Shown here piece by piece: positions 24,614 through 35,039 of a stretch of DNA of 64,000 nt; the stretch's first letter is position 1; each line of letters starts with the position of its first letter. Where the stretch lies: NCBI GenBank assembly GCA_937925845.1, contig CALAML010000045.1, positions 1,616 through 65,615 of the forward strand. Reading direction: 5' to 3'. The notes beneath the pieces were generated by a model. That model was given only the letters and a program-made list of their open reading frames with translations. It was not told where the DNA came from and searched no databases. The DNA comes from an uncultured Acidimicrobiales bacterium. Its GTDB lineage: Bacteria; Actinomycetota; Acidimicrobiia; Acidimicrobiales; CALAML01. The translations under genes were made by a program, and so were the position numbers.

Positions 24614-25987
24614 GTGCCGGTTGCCACAAAAACCCGCCTGGGTCGCAACCGCGATATGGCCAAGCTCGGGTCGCGAGCGGGAGCCGACCTGGCGGTGACC
24701 AAGGCCCGACAGGTATTCGCCTCAGCCGAGCGATCGGAGGAGCTGCAGACCGAGTTCGAGCTTCGCACCGCGGAACAAGTCACTGCGGCGCTCGGAAACA
24801 TGAAGGGGGCGATGATGAAGGTTGGCCAGATGGCCAGCTACCTCGACCAGGGCCTGCCCGAACACGTTCGCGATGCGCTGGCCCAACTGCAAAGCGACGC
24901 CCCACCCATGAGCTTCGAGCTTGTCGACGGGGTGATTGCCGAGGAACTGGGGGCTCCGGCGGGTGAAGTGTTCGAGGAGTTCGACCCGGTTCCCATCGCT
25001 TCGGCTTCGATCGGCCAGGTCCATCGAGCGATGACCCGAGACGGGCGGGCGGTGGCGGTCAAGGTGCAGTATCCGGGCGTCGATGAGGCGATCGACTCCG
25101 ACCTCGACAACCTCGACATGCTCTTCGGCGGCATGGGCATGGTCTTTAACGGTCTCGACCCCGAACCGCTCGTAATCGAACTCAAAGCCCGACTTCGCGA
25201 GGAGCTCGACTACATCAAGGAGGCCGAGAACCAGCGCCGCTTCGCCGACTACTACCGCGGCCACCCCCACGTGACGATCCCCGAGGTGGTCGACGAGCAC
25301 TGCAGTGCCCGTGTGCTCACCACTGAGCTGGCCGAGGGAGTCCGCTGGGCGGAGATGCTCACGTGGAGCCAGGAGGAGAAGAACCTGGCCGCTGAGTGCA
25401 TCTACCGGTACGCCTTCACCGGCCTCTACCGCGTTGCCGCCTTCAACGGCGACCCCCACCCGGGCAACTATCTCTTCCAGCCAGGCGGAAGGGTCACTTT
25501 CCTCGACTACGGGCTCGTCAAACACTTCGAAGGTGACACCCTGGAAGCCTTCGGCGAGATGATCGGCCATATGTGCATCGAGCCGAATGTCAGCCTCTAT
25601 CGGAAGTCGGTCGAACGCCTCGGCCTGCTGCGCCCGGGCCACGCCTTCACCGATGAAGAGGTCGGCGACTACTTCGGCCACTTCTACGAGTTCGTTCTTC
25701 AGGACGGCGAGTTCACTATCACCGACGCCTACGCCTCGGAGACGGTTCGCCGGTTCTTTGACGTGAACGGCCCTTACCGCGACATCCAGAAGGCGGCCAA
25801 TGTGCCCCCGGATTTTGTGGTGATCCAACGCATCAATCTGGGTCTCTTTGCCCTCTTCGGTGAACTGGACGCCACCGCCAACTGGCGGAGCATCGCTGAA
25901 GAAATCTGGCCTTTCGTGGAGGGACCGCCGTCAACGCCGCTGGGTGCGGCCCACGCCCGCTGGGCCGAATCCGTCGGTGGGCGGTAA
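24614..25987 (+). CDS. ABC1/AarF/UbiB-family atypical protein kinase
   Basis: …LGNMKGAMMKVGQMASYLDQGLP… and …FDPVPIASASIGQVHRA…GRAVAVKVQYPGV… are ABC1 motifs. The start is uncertain (GTG 24497, GTG 24614 or ATG 24656). The ORF upstream of ~24490 is antisense to the YihY gene. Confidence 0.8.
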   Translation: MPVATKTRLGRNRDMAKLGSRAGADLAVTKARQVFASAERSEELQTEFELRTAEQVTAALGNMKGAMMKVGQMASYLDQGLPEHVRDALAQLQSDAPPMSFELVDGVIAEELGAPAGEVFEEFDPVPIASASIGQVHRAMTRDGRAVAVKVQYPGVDEAIDSDLDNLDMLFGGMGMVFNGLDPEPLVIELKARLREELDYIKEAENQRRFADYYRGHPHVTIPEVVDEHCSARVLTTELAEGVRWAEMLTWSQEEKNLAAECIYRYAFTGLYRVAAFNGDPHPGNYLFQPGGRVTFLDYGLVKHFEGDTLEAFGEMIGHMCIEPNVSLYRKSVERLGLLRPGHAFTDEEVGDYFGHFYEFVLQDGEFTITDAYASETVRRFFDVNGPYRDIQKAANVPPDFVVIQRINLGLFALFGELDATANWRSIAEEIWPFVEGPPSTPLGAAHARWAESVGGR

Positions 25988-26001
25988 CGGCCCCCGGAGC
26001 G

Positions 26002-27480
26002 CTACTCGGTGAGGTCGGCTTCGTTGCAGCTGGCCGGAGCGGTGATCGGGTTGCAGCGAGCGATGGCACCGTTGGCGAAGTCGACCACATACGGGCTGTC
26101 GAAAAACTCGCTCGGCGCGTAGTAGTCGGTTGACAGGTAATGGGCGCCGCTGGCCATGGCGATGTCCCGGCGGGTCGTATCGTTGTTGCGGGCATCGGCG
26201 GTGGGGGAGTCGGTCCGGGTTCGAATCAGGTAGCCGGACTCGGCGACGGCGTTGAGTTCGGCCGAAGTTGGATCGTCGAAGCGGACAAAAGCGGCGTCAG
26301 GACTGCCGGGTGCTGAGCTGGTGAAGATCGGGCGGCCCTCGATGTTGGGCGCCCCGTCCAGGTAGCGCTCACGGATCGTCCCGCCGTTGGTCATGGTGAA
26401 CAGCACCCGCCCCCGGCTCTCGGCCACCGTCGGCCAACCCCCGGCCAGCACCGAAGCCTCCAGCGTCTCGGCGTCGCCGCGAACGTCGTCGGGAGTGATG
26501 AGTTGGTCGGCCTCGAACACGGAACGGATCTCCTCATCGAGGTCCTCGAGCACCTCTGCGGTGGTCTCGGTCGGCTCCGACCATTCGACATCAAACACGC
26601 TGATGTCGAGACCCTCCCCACCGGCGGCGTCGGCAATCGACTCATCCTTGATTTCGATCATGACCATGATCGGCAGATGGTTCGGATTGGCGTCGGAATA
26701 GTCGCGAATCTCGGTGAGGCAGATCACCAGAGTGAGACAGTTGGTGGCGTAGTCGAAGTCCTGGGTATGGAGGACCTTGAAGCCCGGCTCATCGAGCAGT
26801 GGCTCGCCCGACGGAGCTTCGAGGTTCACCAGCGGGTGGGCGGCATAGTTGGCCCACCGACCTCCATCGGGATCGGCAAACACGTCGATCTCAAACTGGC
26901 GCACCCCGTAGGTCTCGAGCTGTTCGGTGAGCGATACATGGGAATACTCGATCGAAGTGGCCAGGTCTGGGGCCAACGCAACCAGCGCGGAGAAAATCTC
27001 TTCACGCGGGCGAAGGTGGTAGCTGTTGTGTGAACCGATCACTTGGAGGTGATTCAGGCGCAACTGCTCCTCCTGGGCAGATTCGTCACCAGCCTCCGGT
27101 TCCTCAGCCGCGCCGGGTTCGGTCTCGTCGTCGGATGCCGTCGCTGACTCGCTGCCGGCATCGTCACGGTCGTTGCCATCCCCATCCCCACCGCTACCGC
27201 CGCGGTCCGATGAGTCGGCCTCGCTGCCTTCCTCCTGCTCGCCGCCGCCTGCATCAGTCGCCTGTTCGTTTGGATCCTCATCGCTGGAGAGATCCACCAC
27301 CGGGCTTGAATCCAACAGGTTGGCCTGGTTCGCCGATGGTTCCTCGTTTCCGCACCCAACCATGACCAACACCAGGGCGATGGCCCAGCCCGCCCCCGCA
27401 AGAATGTGACGTTTCCTTGGGCTGCGCTGTGATCTGCCATCACGCCGACCCGCGGCGCGACAACAATCGTGTGGGTCCAT
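26002..27480 (-). CDS. Ca2+-dependent phosphoinositide-specific phospholipase C-like (PI-PLC X-domain-like) lipoprotein
   Basis: The lipobox LVMVGC comes after the basic n-region, taking ATG 27480 as the start. An acidic low-complexity linker follows, then LNHLQVIGSHNSYHL, the catalytic His pair context of bacterial PI-PLC-like enzymes. Confidence 0.75.
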   Translation of the reverse strand: MDPHDCCRAAGRRDGRSQRSPRKRHILAGAGWAIALVLVMVGCGNEEPSANQANLLDSSPVVDLSSDEDPNEQATDAGGGEQEEGSEADSSDRGGSGGDGDGNDRDDAGSESATASDDETEPGAAEEPEAGDESAQEEQLRLNHLQVIGSHNSYHLRPREEIFSALVALAPDLATSIEYSHVSLTEQLETYGVRQFEIDVFADPDGGRWANYAAHPLVNLEAPSGEPLLDEPGFKVLHTQDFDYATNCLTLVICLTEIRDYSDANPNHLPIMVMIEIKDESIADAAGGEGLDISVFDVEWSEPTETTAEVLEDLDEEIRSVFEADQLITPDDVRGDAETLEASVLAGGWPTVAESRGRVLFTMTNGGTIRERYLDGAPNIEGRPIFTSSAPGSPDAAFVRFDDPTSAELNAVAESGYLIRTRTDSPTADARNNDTTRRDIAMASGAHYLSTDYYAPSEFFDSPYVVDFANGAIARCNPITAPASCNEADLTE

Positions 27481-27615
27481 CGGTGCTCCAACCTTCCTTG
27501 CAGAATCCCGAAGCCGAGTCTGCCAGCTTTCGTGCAAACGCGCCGCTTGGCGCTTGGCGCGAGGGATCCGGGGTTGGCCTCCTCTCGGCACCAGATCCCC
27601 AACAGCAGAGTCCGG

Positions 27616-28587
27616 ATGATCTGGTGCTCCGGCAAACGTTGCGCCGCAAGGGGAGACCGGTACGAGCGTTATGATGGGACGGTGGATCGCCCCCATTCCC
27701 CTGAATCGCGGTCGCGGCTAGCCAACGCCCGCGACAAGCTGCCCGAGCTACGTTCGAAGCTGCCGGCCCGACGCAAAGCGCCCTCCGACCTGGCTCAGCC
27801 GGACGAAGTGGCCGAAAACGCCTACGCACCGAAGAACCAACGCATTCCGGCCGAAGTCCGCGATCTGGCCCAGACATTTGGTCGCCGCATCGGCCCGGTA
27901 CTGCTCGCCGAGATGCGCAACATGCCCAAGGGTGGGCCGAGAGAAAAGCAGAAGATGGTCGGCCGGCTGCTGGTCGAAACCCGAGAAGCAGTCGGCGATC
28001 TCCAGCCCGCCATCTATGACCTGGCCGTCAAGTACCCGATGGATGGCAACAAACTGCACCGCCGGGGAGAAGTGGTGGCCTTCACCTCGGCCGTGGCTGC
28101 GTCGGCGGCTGAGGAAGCGGCGATTCTGGCCACCACACCGATGGGTGGTTTGGCGGTGGGCATGGCCTCACAACTTGTCGCCGAAATGGTCGAGACCTGG
28201 GTGGCCGCGGCGTCGCGAGCTTCGGCCTACTACGCCGCCGGGCTCCAGCCCACCCCGGAGCTGCTGGCCCTCGACATTGCCGAATGGGCTGGCTACACCG
28301 GTTCGGGGAGAGCGGCCGGAGGCACGGTGAAGCGGTTCCTGGTGAAACGGTTCCTCCACCGCACCCGACGGCGTCTGGCCGTCGGCATCATCCCGGTGGC
28401 GGGCGCACTGGCCAACGGCGCCACCGCGGCCAACAGTCTGCGCAAGCTTCGCAGCATGCCCCTACGTCCGGCCGAGGCCCGCCGCTACGTGATCGAAGGC
28501 GAGCTGGCCCAACCGCTCGGCGAGCTGGCTGTGGGCGAGCTCGAATACATCACCTTCGACGACGGCTACGGCATCGAGGATGACTAA
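27616..28587 (+). CDS. hypothetical protein (faint resemblance to EcsC-type proteins)
   Basis: ORF with normal codon bias. It is divergent from the PI-PLC gene and followed by a strong terminator. I recognise no motif with confidence. The start could be GTG 27469, ATG 27616 or GTG 27682. Confidence 0.5.
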   Translation: MIWCSGKRCAARGDRYERYDGTVDRPHSPESRSRLANARDKLPELRSKLPARRKAPSDLAQPDEVAENAYAPKNQRIPAEVRDLAQTFGRRIGPVLLAEMRNMPKGGPREKQKMVGRLLVETREAVGDLQPAIYDLAVKYPMDGNKLHRRGEVVAFTSAVAASAAEEAAILATTPMGGLAVGMASQLVAEMVETWVAAASRASAYYAAGLQPTPELLALDIAEWAGYTGSGRAAGGTVKRFLVKRFLHRTRRRLAVGIIPVAGALANGATAANSLRKLRSMPLRPAEARRYVIEGELAQPLGELAVGELEYITFDDGYGIEDD

Positions 28588-28615
28588 TGACTGTGTCGCC
28601 AAACCGCCAACAGCT

Positions 28616-28666
28616 CGAAATGTCGGCGCTGAGCATGAATAATTCACGCTCAGCGCCGACATTTCG
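28616..28666. terminator. 19-bp perfect hairpin between convergent genes (bidirectional terminator candidate)
   Basis: CGAAATGTCGGCGCTGAGC (28616-28634) and GCTCAGCGCCGACATTTCG (28648-28666) flank the 13-nt AT-rich loop ATGAATAATTCAC. The hairpin starts 29 nt after the + gene stop and ends 25 nt before the - gene stop. Confidence 0.75.
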
Positions 28667-28690
28667 GGCCGATCTGGCGGATCTGGCGGG

Positions 28691-30142
28691 TCAGTTGCCG
28701 ACGAGGGCGTTGCGGAGGGGTTCGATCCAGGTGTCGGTGTCGGGGTCGTAGGCTCCGAAGCCCCCGCCGAACTCCCAGTACGTCATCGACATGTCCAAGT
28801 CGGCGGCGGCGTTACGAACCGCCGCCGTCCACTCGGCCCGGTCGGCGAGGGGCGCCTCCCCGTTGGCGGCAAAGGCTCCGAACTCGCCGACGTTCATCGG
28901 TCGCCCGTTGGCCTGACCCCACGCCTGGGCTACCGCCAGCTGGCTGCGGAGGCTGTCGGCGGCCGAAGCAAACAACGGGGTACAGCTTTGGGGGGCGCAC
29001 ACCTCACCACTGAAGAACCGCAGCTCGGTTGGGCCCGGCGACGCGAGCTGGAAAAAGATCCCGGTGGTTGACGCTGGGCAGGAGCTCAGATCGAGAGAAA
29101 ATGCTGTTGTCGCTGCGGTCGAGGTCAGCACGTCCACCGGTACGTCGTCGTCATCACCAGCCACATCGCACACCACCTGCAGGTCGGCCGCTCCGGCCAC
29201 CTCGACGGTCATCGTCTCGGGCTCGAAGGTGTCGGGCGAGTTGAGGTTGAGGCCGGCCCACTGCTCTTCGTACTCGACCACCAGCTCGCCCACCGATGGT
29301 GTGCGAATCGTCGACCACGAGTAGTCGTTCCACGCTGGCCCAATGGCCAGGCTCTGCGGATCCCACCCGGTGCCGGTGGGTTGAGGGGAGTCGATCCATG
29401 TCGCCCCCTGATGGGTGAAAGAGAACGGTTCATAGAAGTGGACCGTGGTGATCAGGTTGGGGTCGTCGGGCAGCGAGAGCTCGTCGAGAAAGTCGATGCT
29501 GTTAAAACCGACAGGGCCCACCAGCACCGGCCGGTCCGGGTTCGACTCACGCACTTTGGCCAGGGCGCTGGCAAAGATCGAATTCCAGAGCTGCGGATCG
29601 TCGGTGAAATCATCGGTGGGTTCGTTCAACAACTCGAACAACACGTGGTCGCCGGCCCCGGCGTAGCGCTCGGCGATCTGTTCCCAGATCGCTTCAAAAC
29701 GAGACTGATGGGCCACCGGATCCAGATGCAGCTCCTCGTAGTGATGCACGTTGATGATCACCATCAGGTCGTTCTGGTCAGCCAGATCAACCACCCAGTC
29801 GATCCGATCCCAGATGTTGCTGTAGTCCGGATGGTTTACCGTTGGGTCGTTGCCATCGGGGATGAGGTAAGGGGCCGAGGTATCGGCGTAGGCAGCCCAG
29901 TTGATCGGCACCCGCACGTGGCCGAAGCCCGCATCGGCGATCAGCGGGAAGAAGTCGGCCTCAATCTCGAAACCCCAATCGCCCTCCCGAGGTGCCTCAA
30001 GGGCCTGGCCTAGGTTCACCCCGGCACCCAGTTGGCGGTTGATATCGGCCACTGAGCCCGATGGGTTGCACGCGGCCGCGCCCAAACCCACACCAGCCAA
30101 CATGGCGAGCAGGAGACCCAGCAGGACAACGCTCCGCTTCAT
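28691..30142 (-). CDS. glycoside hydrolase family 5 (cellulase/endo-beta-glycanase) lipoprotein with an inserted beta-rich domain
   Basis: Signal peptide plus lipobox (…GLGAAAC). GH5 motifs are INVHHYEEL, LFELLNEP (acid/base Glu), TVHFYEPFSFTHQGA and MNVGEFG (nucleophile Glu). A ~150-aa insertion precedes the nucleophile strand. Confidence 0.85.
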   Translation of the reverse strand: MKRSVVLLGLLLAMLAGVGLGAAACNPSGSVADINRQLGAGVNLGQALEAPREGDWGFEIEADFFPLIADAGFGHVRVPINWAAYADTSAPYLIPDGNDPTVNHPDYSNIWDRIDWVVDLADQNDLMVIINVHHYEELHLDPVAHQSRFEAIWEQIAERYAGAGDHVLFELLNEPTDDFTDDPQLWNSIFASALAKVRESNPDRPVLVGPVGFNSIDFLDELSLPDDPNLITTVHFYEPFSFTHQGATWIDSPQPTGTGWDPQSLAIGPAWNDYSWSTIRTPSVGELVVEYEEQWAGLNLNSPDTFEPETMTVEVAGAADLQVVCDVAGDDDDVPVDVLTSTAATTAFSLDLSSCPASTTGIFFQLASPGPTELRFFSGEVCAPQSCTPLFASAADSLRSQLAVAQAWGQANGRPMNVGEFGAFAANGEAPLADRAEWTAAVRNAAADLDMSMTYWEFGGGFGAYDPDTDTWIEPLRNALVGN

Positions 30143-30143
30143 A

Positions 30144-30168
30144 GCCGCAAGTGTCTCACAGTTGCGGC
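30144..30168 (-). terminator. hairpin between the topoisomerase B-subunit gene and the GH5 gene
   Basis: GCCGCAA (30144-30150) pairs with TTGCGGC (30162-30168), with an inner TGT/ACA extension. There is no U-tract, and the hairpin abuts the GH5 start codon. It may be a processing or translation element rather than a terminator. Confidence 0.3.
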
Positions 30169-30194
30169 CGACTTGATCAGCGGCTGAAGATGAT

Positions 30195-32477
30195 TCAGAT
30201 ATCGAGGCTGTCGGGGTCGATCAGATCGGAGTTGGTCAGCAGCCAGTCCTTACGTCGAGCGACATCGGAGCCCATCAACGTTTCGAACAGGTCGCCCGCT
30301 TCGGCGATGCCTTTGGCGTCTTCCATGGTGATGCGCCGCAGCACCCTCGACTCGCGATCGAGGGTGGTTTCGGCCAACTCATGCACATCCATCTCACCCA
30401 GGCCCTTGAAGCGGACCCAGTTCATTTCGTCGGCGTCCTTCTTGAGCTTCTTGGCGATGGCCAGCCGCTCGTCTTCATCGAGGGCGTAGTAGATGGTCTT
30501 GCCGACCTTCGTTGAGTACAGCGGCGGCTGGGCGGCAAACACCCGGCCGTCCTCAAGCAGCGGACGCAGATGGTGGTAGATCAGCGTGAGAATCAGACAG
30601 CGGATGTGACTGCCATCCACGTCAGCGTCACACAGCAGGATGATGCGGCCGTAGCGGCACTTGCTGAGGTCGAAGTCCCGGCCCGAGCCCGAGCCGATGG
30701 CGGTGATGATGTCCTGCGCTTCGCTGTTGGATACCACCTGTTGCAGGTTGGCTTTGCCCGCGTTCACCATCTTGCCCCGGATGGGCAACACCGCCATCGT
30801 GTTTGAATCGCGACCCTTCTTCGCCGGTCCGGCGGCGGAGTCGCCCTCCACGATCAGCAGCTCACTATCGGGACCGTGGTAGCGGCAGTCGGCCAACTTC
30901 GGAGGCATACCGGCCGAGCCGAGGCTGGCCGCTTTGCGCTTGGCATCGAGCGCGTCCTTCGACGCCACCCGGTTGATGACGGCGCTGGCCAACTTGTCCC
31001 GCAGGGCGTTGATGTGGGTCTTCTTGCCGCCGCCGTTGCACCACTGGGTAAAGCCGGTCTTGACCACGTCGTAGGCCACACTCTGCACCGCAGGTGTGCC
31101 CAGCTCGCCCTTGGTCTGACCCCGGAACTGTGGTTCGGCCACCGTCACCTTGATGGCGGCCACCAGCCCTTCCTGCACATCGTCGCGGCCGGCCTTGTGC
31201 TTGTTGTCCTTTTCCAGCTTCGACAGCTTCTTGTAGCCGTTGAGCAGCACGTCGTTGGCCACCTTGTTCATGGCTCGCTCCCAGCCGGTCACGTGGGTGC
31301 CGCCTTCGGAGGTAGGGATGGTGTTGACGAACGAAACCACCTTGGTCTCGTAGTTCGTCACCCAACGCATGGCGACATCGACGCGACAGGCCCGCTCGAT
31401 CAAGGTCATCTTGCCGTCGACCGGAACCTTCTCTTCGAACATGCCGATGCCGTCGAGACGGACCACTTCGGTAACGTTCTCGCCCTTTGACATCGAGTCG
31501 ACCAGGTCGGCGAGACCACCCTTGGAGACAAAGGTTTCGGTCTCACCCGGTTTGCGCTTCGTGGCCTTGGTCGCCGACGGCTCGGCCGCCACGTCGGTGT
31601 CGGGCACTTCCTTGCTGTCATCGACGGTCTCGGCGGCGTCGTCAGTGGGGCTGGCGATGTCAGCCGGGGCATCGGCGTCGGGCATTGGGGGAGTCGAGCT
31701 GCGGTGGTCGGTCAGGGTGATCTTCATCCCCGGCACCAGGTGACACATCAACTGCACCCGTTCGCGAACCACGTCGTAATCGATGTCGGCATCGGGATCA
31801 AAAACCTCGAAGTCGGGCCAGAACCGCACCCGGGTCCCGGTGCGCTTGGCCGGAACCTTCTTCACCTTTTCCAACGCCGAGCCCGGCTTGAAGCTGCCGT
31901 TCTTCAGTTGCTTGCCGGCAACCCGCTCCACAAACGTGAGCCGATGGGTCTGGCCATCGCGATCGACTTCGGCAACCAACTTCGTCGATAGCGCGTTCAC
32001 CACCGACGCGCCGACGCCATGGAGGCCGCCGGAGGCCGAGTAGGCGCCGCCACCAAACTTGCCGCCAGCGTGCAGCTCGGTAAAGACCAACTCGAGAGCG
32101 CTCTTGCGGGTTCGACCCTTGATGTCGATCGGGATGCCTCGACCGTTGTCGGCCACTGAAATTGAGCGGTCGTCGTGCAGCTCCACGTCGATCCGGTCGG
32201 CATGGCCGCCGGCCGCTTCATCTACACCGTTGTCGATCAGCTCCCACAACAGATGATGGAGGCCATCGTTGCCGGTGCCCCCGATGTACATACCCGGGCG
32301 CTTGCGAACCGCGTCGAGGCCCTTCAGAACCTGGATCGCCGAGGCGTCGTAGTTGCCGCCCTTCTTCTTGGCTGGTTTCTTTGCCGCGTTGCCCTTGCCG
32401 GGCGTCGCGCCCTTCTTGGCGCCGTTGTCCTTGGCGCCCTTCTTTTTGGCGCTGTCGTCCTTGGTCACCGTCACCAT
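30195..32477 (-). CDS. parE: DNA topoisomerase (ATP-hydrolysing) subunit B, topoisomerase IV ParE-like, with Lys-rich N-terminal tail
   Basis: GHKL motifs GLHHLLWELIDNGVDEA and GGLHGVGASVVNALS. TOPRIM motifs LLIVEGDSAAG, PIRGKMVNA and LLCDADVDGSHI. The first ~45 aa are KKKGAKDNGAKKGATPGKGNAAKKPAKKKG. A ~60-aa acidic/Pro-rich insertion lies in the transducer region. Confidence 0.8.
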   Translation of the reverse strand: MVTVTKDDSAKKKGAKDNGAKKGATPGKGNAAKKPAKKKGGNYDASAIQVLKGLDAVRKRPGMYIGGTGNDGLHHLLWELIDNGVDEAAGGHADRIDVELHDDRSISVADNGRGIPIDIKGRTRKSALELVFTELHAGGKFGGGAYSASGGLHGVGASVVNALSTKLVAEVDRDGQTHRLTFVERVAGKQLKNGSFKPGSALEKVKKVPAKRTGTRVRFWPDFEVFDPDADIDYDVVRERVQLMCHLVPGMKITLTDHRSSTPPMPDADAPADIASPTDDAAETVDDSKEVPDTDVAAEPSATKATKRKPGETETFVSKGGLADLVDSMSKGENVTEVVRLDGIGMFEEKVPVDGKMTLIERACRVDVAMRWVTNYETKVVSFVNTIPTSEGGTHVTGWERAMNKVANDVLLNGYKKLSKLEKDNKHKAGRDDVQEGLVAAIKVTVAEPQFRGQTKGELGTPAVQSVAYDVVKTGFTQWCNGGGKKTHINALRDKLASAVINRVASKDALDAKRKAASLGSAGMPPKLADCRYHGPDSELLIVEGDSAAGPAKKGRDSNTMAVLPIRGKMVNAGKANLQQVVSNSEAQDIITAIGSGSGRDFDLSKCRYGRIILLCDADVDGSHIRCLILTLIYHHLRPLLEDGRVFAAQPPLYSTKVGKTIYYALDEDERLAIAKKLKKDADEMNWVRFKGLGEMDVHELAETTLDRESRVLRRITMEDAKGIAEAGDLFETLMGSDVARRKDWLLTNSDLIDPDSLDI

Positions 32478-34876
32478 CGTCCTTCTCCAACAGCCAGTAG
32501 CGCCGGGCTGAGTGCACTCCCGGATCCATCACGTTTGGTCGCCCCGAACTCGAGCGGGCGTGGGGTTGGGTCGGGCTTCGACGGATCGTCGCTGCTGGCG
32601 AACACGCCGCTGAGCTGGTGAGGTCCGGCAACCCGAGCCAGCACCAGCGCATCGCCCTTGGTCAGCTTCTGGATACGCAGCCCGGAGCCTCCTCGACCCT
32701 TGGTCGGGAACTCGTCCACCGGGGTGGACTTGGCCCGGCCGCCGCTTGACGCAGTCACGACCACGCCGTTGTCGACCACCAACCCGGCGGCCAGCACCTC
32801 GGCGTCACCCTTCAGCTTCATGCCGGCCACACCGGCGGCGCCACGGCCCTGAGTCTTCACGGTCTCAATCGGCATACGGAGCGTCTGGCCGTCGGTGGCG
32901 ATGATCAGTGCATCGCCCTCGCTGGGGGCCACAAAAGCGGCGGCGACCAGATCGTCGCCCTTCAGCTTGATCACCGGAGCCCCCGATCGACCGGAGAACA
33001 GCTCAGACCGTTCCAGCCGCTTGGCGACACCCTCGCGAGTCACCACCATCACCGGATCACCCTCGGAGGAAAAGACCGCCACGAGAGACTCACCGCGGGC
33101 GATGTCGAAGATCTCGCTTACGGAGGCTCCACGGCTTCGGCCCGCAACCTCAGGAATGTCGGCCACCGCAACCCGCAGCATGCGGCCGTTGCTGGTGATG
33201 CCGGTGACCTCGGCCCCGGTTGAACTGACGATGGCCGCACTCAACACATCGTGACGACCCGGCTTAGCCGTGGCCGCGCCATCCGCAGGCTGGCGACCGA
33301 TCAGACCACTGGTGGTGAAGGCCAACGTGCAGGCTTCTTCGATCAGTTCCGTTGGCGCCGGAGCCTCAAGGGCCGCGGCCTCCACCTCGGCTGCGCTCAA
33401 CATGCGGCTGCGGCGGGGTGTTCCGTACTTCTTCACGATCTCCTCAAGTTCTTTGAGGACCATCGTTCGCTGACGCTTGTCGCTGCCAAGGAGCTTTTCG
33501 TACTCAGCGATGCGCTTCCGCAGCTCGACCAGCTCGTCGATCAGCTTTTGCACCTCGAGCGCCGTCAGACGTCGTAGCTGCATTTCGAGGATGTGTTCCG
33601 CCTGAATCTCCGTGAGGGTCAGGTCGGCCTGGAGTCGGGCGCTCGCCTCCTCGGTGTCGGCCGACGACCGGATGATGGCGATCACCTCGTCGATGGCATC
33701 GAGAGCGATCAGCAGCCCTTCGACGATATGGGCCCGAGCCAGAGCCTTATCGAGCCGATACTGGGTGCGGCGACGAATCACATCGAGGCGGTGGTCGATG
33801 TAGTGCTGGCACAGCTCGATGATGCCGACCGTGGTCGGTCGGTTGTTCACCAACACCACGTTGTTGAACGAGAACGACTCCTCCAACGGGGTGAGACGAT
33901 AGAGATCGTTGAGGATGGCATGGGGGTTGGAGCCGGTCCGGCACTCGATGACCACCCGTAGCCCGTTGGTGCGGTCGCTGAGATCGTTCACATCGGTGAC
34001 GTTGGCCAGCTTGCCCTTGGCTATCAGATCCTTGATCCGGCTCACCACCTTCTCCGGGCCAACCATGTAGGGCAGCTCGGTCACCACGATGCCCTGCTTG
34101 CGCCGCCCCACCTTCTCCACTTCGGTCTTGGCCCGCATGCGGATGGCGCCCCGGCCGCTCTCGTAGGCATCACGAAGCGACTCATCGATGATCAACCCGC
34201 CGCTCGGGAAATCAGGACCGGGCAACACCTTCATCACCTGGTCGAGGGTCACCTTGGGTCGGCGCTGGGTCATCACCAACTTGATGGCCTCATAGACCTC
34301 GCCAAGATTGTGCGGGGCCATGTTGGTGGCCATACCCACGGCGATGCCGGCGGTGCCGTTCACCAGCAGGTTCGGTACCAGACCGGGAAGATAGGCCGGC
34401 TCATCGTTGAGACCGTCGAAGGTGGGCCGGAAATCAACCGTCTCCTCCACGATCTCGCCGAGCATGTCCATGGCGGCGTTCGTGGGGCGGCACTCGGTAT
34501 AGCGGTAGGCGGCTGGCGGATCATCCAGCGAACCGAAGTTGCCATGGGGGTCGACCATGGTGACGTTGCGGGCGAAATCCCAACCGAGTCGGACCAGGGC
34601 GTCGTAGATCGCCGAGTCGCCATGGGGGTGGTACTTGCCCATCGTGTCGCCGACCACGCCGGCACACTTGCGGTGGGCCGAGTCCGGGCGCAGGCCCAGC
34701 TTGTACATGCTGAAGAGGATCCGACGCTGCACCGGCTTCAAACCGTCGCGAACATCGGGAATGGCACGCGAGGTGATGACCGAGAGGCTGTAGGCGAGGA
34801 ACGAATCGCTCATCTCGTCGGTCACCGGCGTATCGATGACCTCGCGGGCGAAGGCCATCCCGGGGGTTGCCGCCAT
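32471..34876 (-). CDS. parC: DNA topoisomerase (ATP-hydrolysing) subunit A, topoisomerase IV ParC-like
   Basis: …[17 protein letters not shown]…, …[18 protein letters not shown]… and the catalytic Tyr context [12 protein letters not shown] see no GyrA-box (QRRGGKG-like) at the start of the C-terminal domain. There is a good SD (GAGAGGAAAC) before ATG 34876. The 3' end overlaps the B-subunit start by 7 nt. Confidence 0.8.
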   Translation of the reverse strand: MAATPGMAFAREVIDTPVTDEMSDSFLAYSLSVITSRAIPDVRDGLKPVQRRILFSMYKLGLRPDSAHRKCAGVVGDTMGKYHPHGDSAIYDALVRLGWDFARNVTMVDPHGNFGSLDDPPAAYRYTECRPTNAAMDMLGEIVEETVDFRPTFDGLNDEPAYLPGLVPNLLVNGTAGIAVGMATNMAPHNLGEVYEAIKLVMTQRRPKVTLDQVMKVLPGPDFPSGGLIIDESLRDAYESGRGAIRMRAKTEVEKVGRRKQGIVVTELPYMVGPEKVVSRIKDLIAKGKLANVTDVNDLSDRTNGLRVVIECRTGSNPHAILNDLYRLTPLEESFSFNNVVLVNNRPTTVGIIELCQHYIDHRLDVIRRRTQYRLDKALARAHIVEGLLIALDAIDEVIAIIRSSADTEEASARLQADLTLTEIQAEHILEMQLRRLTALEVQKLIDELVELRKRIAEYEKLLGSDKRQRTMVLKELEEIVKKYGTPRRSRMLSAAEVEAAALEAPAPTELIEEACTLAFTTSGLIGRQPADGAATAKPGRHDVLSAAIVSSTGAEVTGITSNGRMLRVAVADIPEVAGRSRGASVSEIFDIARGESLVAVFSSEGDPVMVVTREGVAKRLERSELFSGRSGAPVIKLKGDDLVAAAFVAPSEGDALIIATDGQTLRMPIETVKTQGRGAAGVAGMKLKGDAEVLAAGLVVDNGVVVTASSGGRAKSTPVDEFPTKGRGGSGLRIQKLTKGDALVLARVAGPHQLSGVFASSDDPSKPDPTPRPLEFGATKRDGSGSALSPALLAVGEGRW

Positions 34877-35039
34877 CAGGATTGTTTCCTCTCTCGAATC
34901 ATGTCGGATCGCAAGTTGGTCGGGGGGCCACAGGCGCGGGGTGCCAGATCTTCCCGGAGAATCCAGGGACTCATGGCCCGCTCACGCCAGCGGCGACGTC
35001 GCCGAGGATAGTGCTTCGGGAGCCACCGGCGGCGGAGCG

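Noticed and set aside
30195-34876. Reading the topoisomerase pair as DNA gyrase (gyrB/gyrA).
   Set aside because: The gene order is A then B, no GyrA-box-like motif is seen in the A subunit C-terminal domain, and the core resembles actinobacterial ParC. This is not proven without seeing the rest of the genome.
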